DNA from: Mobula hypostoma
Taxonomy: Eukaryota
Length of the DNA: 64,000 bases
Direction: 5' to 3'
Assembly (NCBI RefSeq): GCF_963921235.1
Contig: NC_086108.1
Coordinates: 20,646,001-20,710,000 of the forward strand
Numbering within the stretch: the first letter of the stretch is position 1; every line of letters starts with the position of its first letter. Shown here piece after piece: positions 63,401 through 64,000 of the stretch. A program made the position numbers and the translations under genes. Under the pieces are notes generated by a model. The model worked only from the letters and a program-made list of their open reading frames with translations, was not told where the DNA came from and did not search any database.

Positions 63401-63664
63401 TGTCCTAGTCATTTTCAATTGCTTATAACTAACTACTCCCACACCATAACTGGAATCATTATAAATGAACTTTAGTGTAAAATTGGCATAATAAAGCACC
63501 AGATTCAGAAAGATTGTGCACCTTCTATTGTTTTTTTTTCTCTTCAGTAGTTGAAATAGCACCTAAACCCCATTGTGAAGTCTTACAGAATGCTGGTCAT
63601 TGACCAGGAAAGATTGTCAAGGCTAGAAAAGCTGAATTTCAATGGACAGTTTATATCAATTAGG

Positions 63665-64000
63665 GACCCATAGTAACGTAGCGGGGAGGACAACGCTATT
63701 ACAACTCTGGGTGTCAGAAGTGTTGCATTTTGTAACTTCAAAGCATGAAACTAATTCAAAGGAAGATAGAAATCTGGGAAAGGAGGTCTAACTTAGTGTT
63801 TACTTTAAGCGAGGCACGCACGTATCACGTGGTAGATATGTGGTATGCAATTCACGTACTTGTACGTACAACTTGCAATGAATTATTGAAATCAGAGTTT
63901 AATTCTAGCGCTGTCTATAAGGAGTTTGTACATTCTCCCCATGACTATGTGGGTTTCCTCCAAGTCCAAAGATATACCAGGTCATTGAAAATTGCCCTGT
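63665..64000 (+). mobile_element. tRNA-derived SINE (HE1/V-SINE-like) with an internal insertion at about 63720-63890
   Basis: gtaacgtagcgg...acgctattaca head; gagtttaattc...aaggagtttgtacattctcccc...gtgggtttcctc core. Confidence 0.55.

Noticed and set aside
1..64000. Prokaryotic systems such as CRISPR arrays, operons or defence islands
   Set aside because: Spliced exons and vertebrate LINE/SINE content show eukaryotic DNA; no regularly spaced repeat-spacer array is visible.

Overview
Eukaryotic, AT-rich, repeat-dense vertebrate DNA; the repeat mix (CR1, Rex/Babar, Penelope, HE1/V-SINE-like) suggests a cartilaginous fish, probably a ray (inference). The only host coding sequence I can support is three minus-strand exons of a RALGPS2-like Ral GEF (15685-15822, 15498-15588, 6208-6275), which splice in frame with GT-AG boundaries. 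The rest is intronic and holds decayed or nested mobile elements: several CR1 LINEs, a full-length L1 nested in a Tigger element, Rex/Babar fragments, many Penelope-like fragments, a HERO-type (restriction-like endonuclease) retrotransposon fragment, hAT/Charlie, mariner, Tigger and Chapaev3 DNA elements, a solo LTR and a captured ITS2-28S rDNA fragment. The most striking signal is RNA structure. (1) The HERO 3' UTR (31509-31575, +) contains all three hammerhead ribozyme core strands with three 6-bp helices, but in an order (GUC strand, then GAAA strand, then CUGAUGA strand) that matches none of hammerhead types I, II or III, plus a competing 12-bp helix. (2) The Penelope fragments scatter minimal, dimer-type hammerheads through the window, including a ~575-bp inverted repeat and a 132-bp insertion that starts at the ribozyme. 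All family assignments come from motif recognition by eye; no searches or folding were run.
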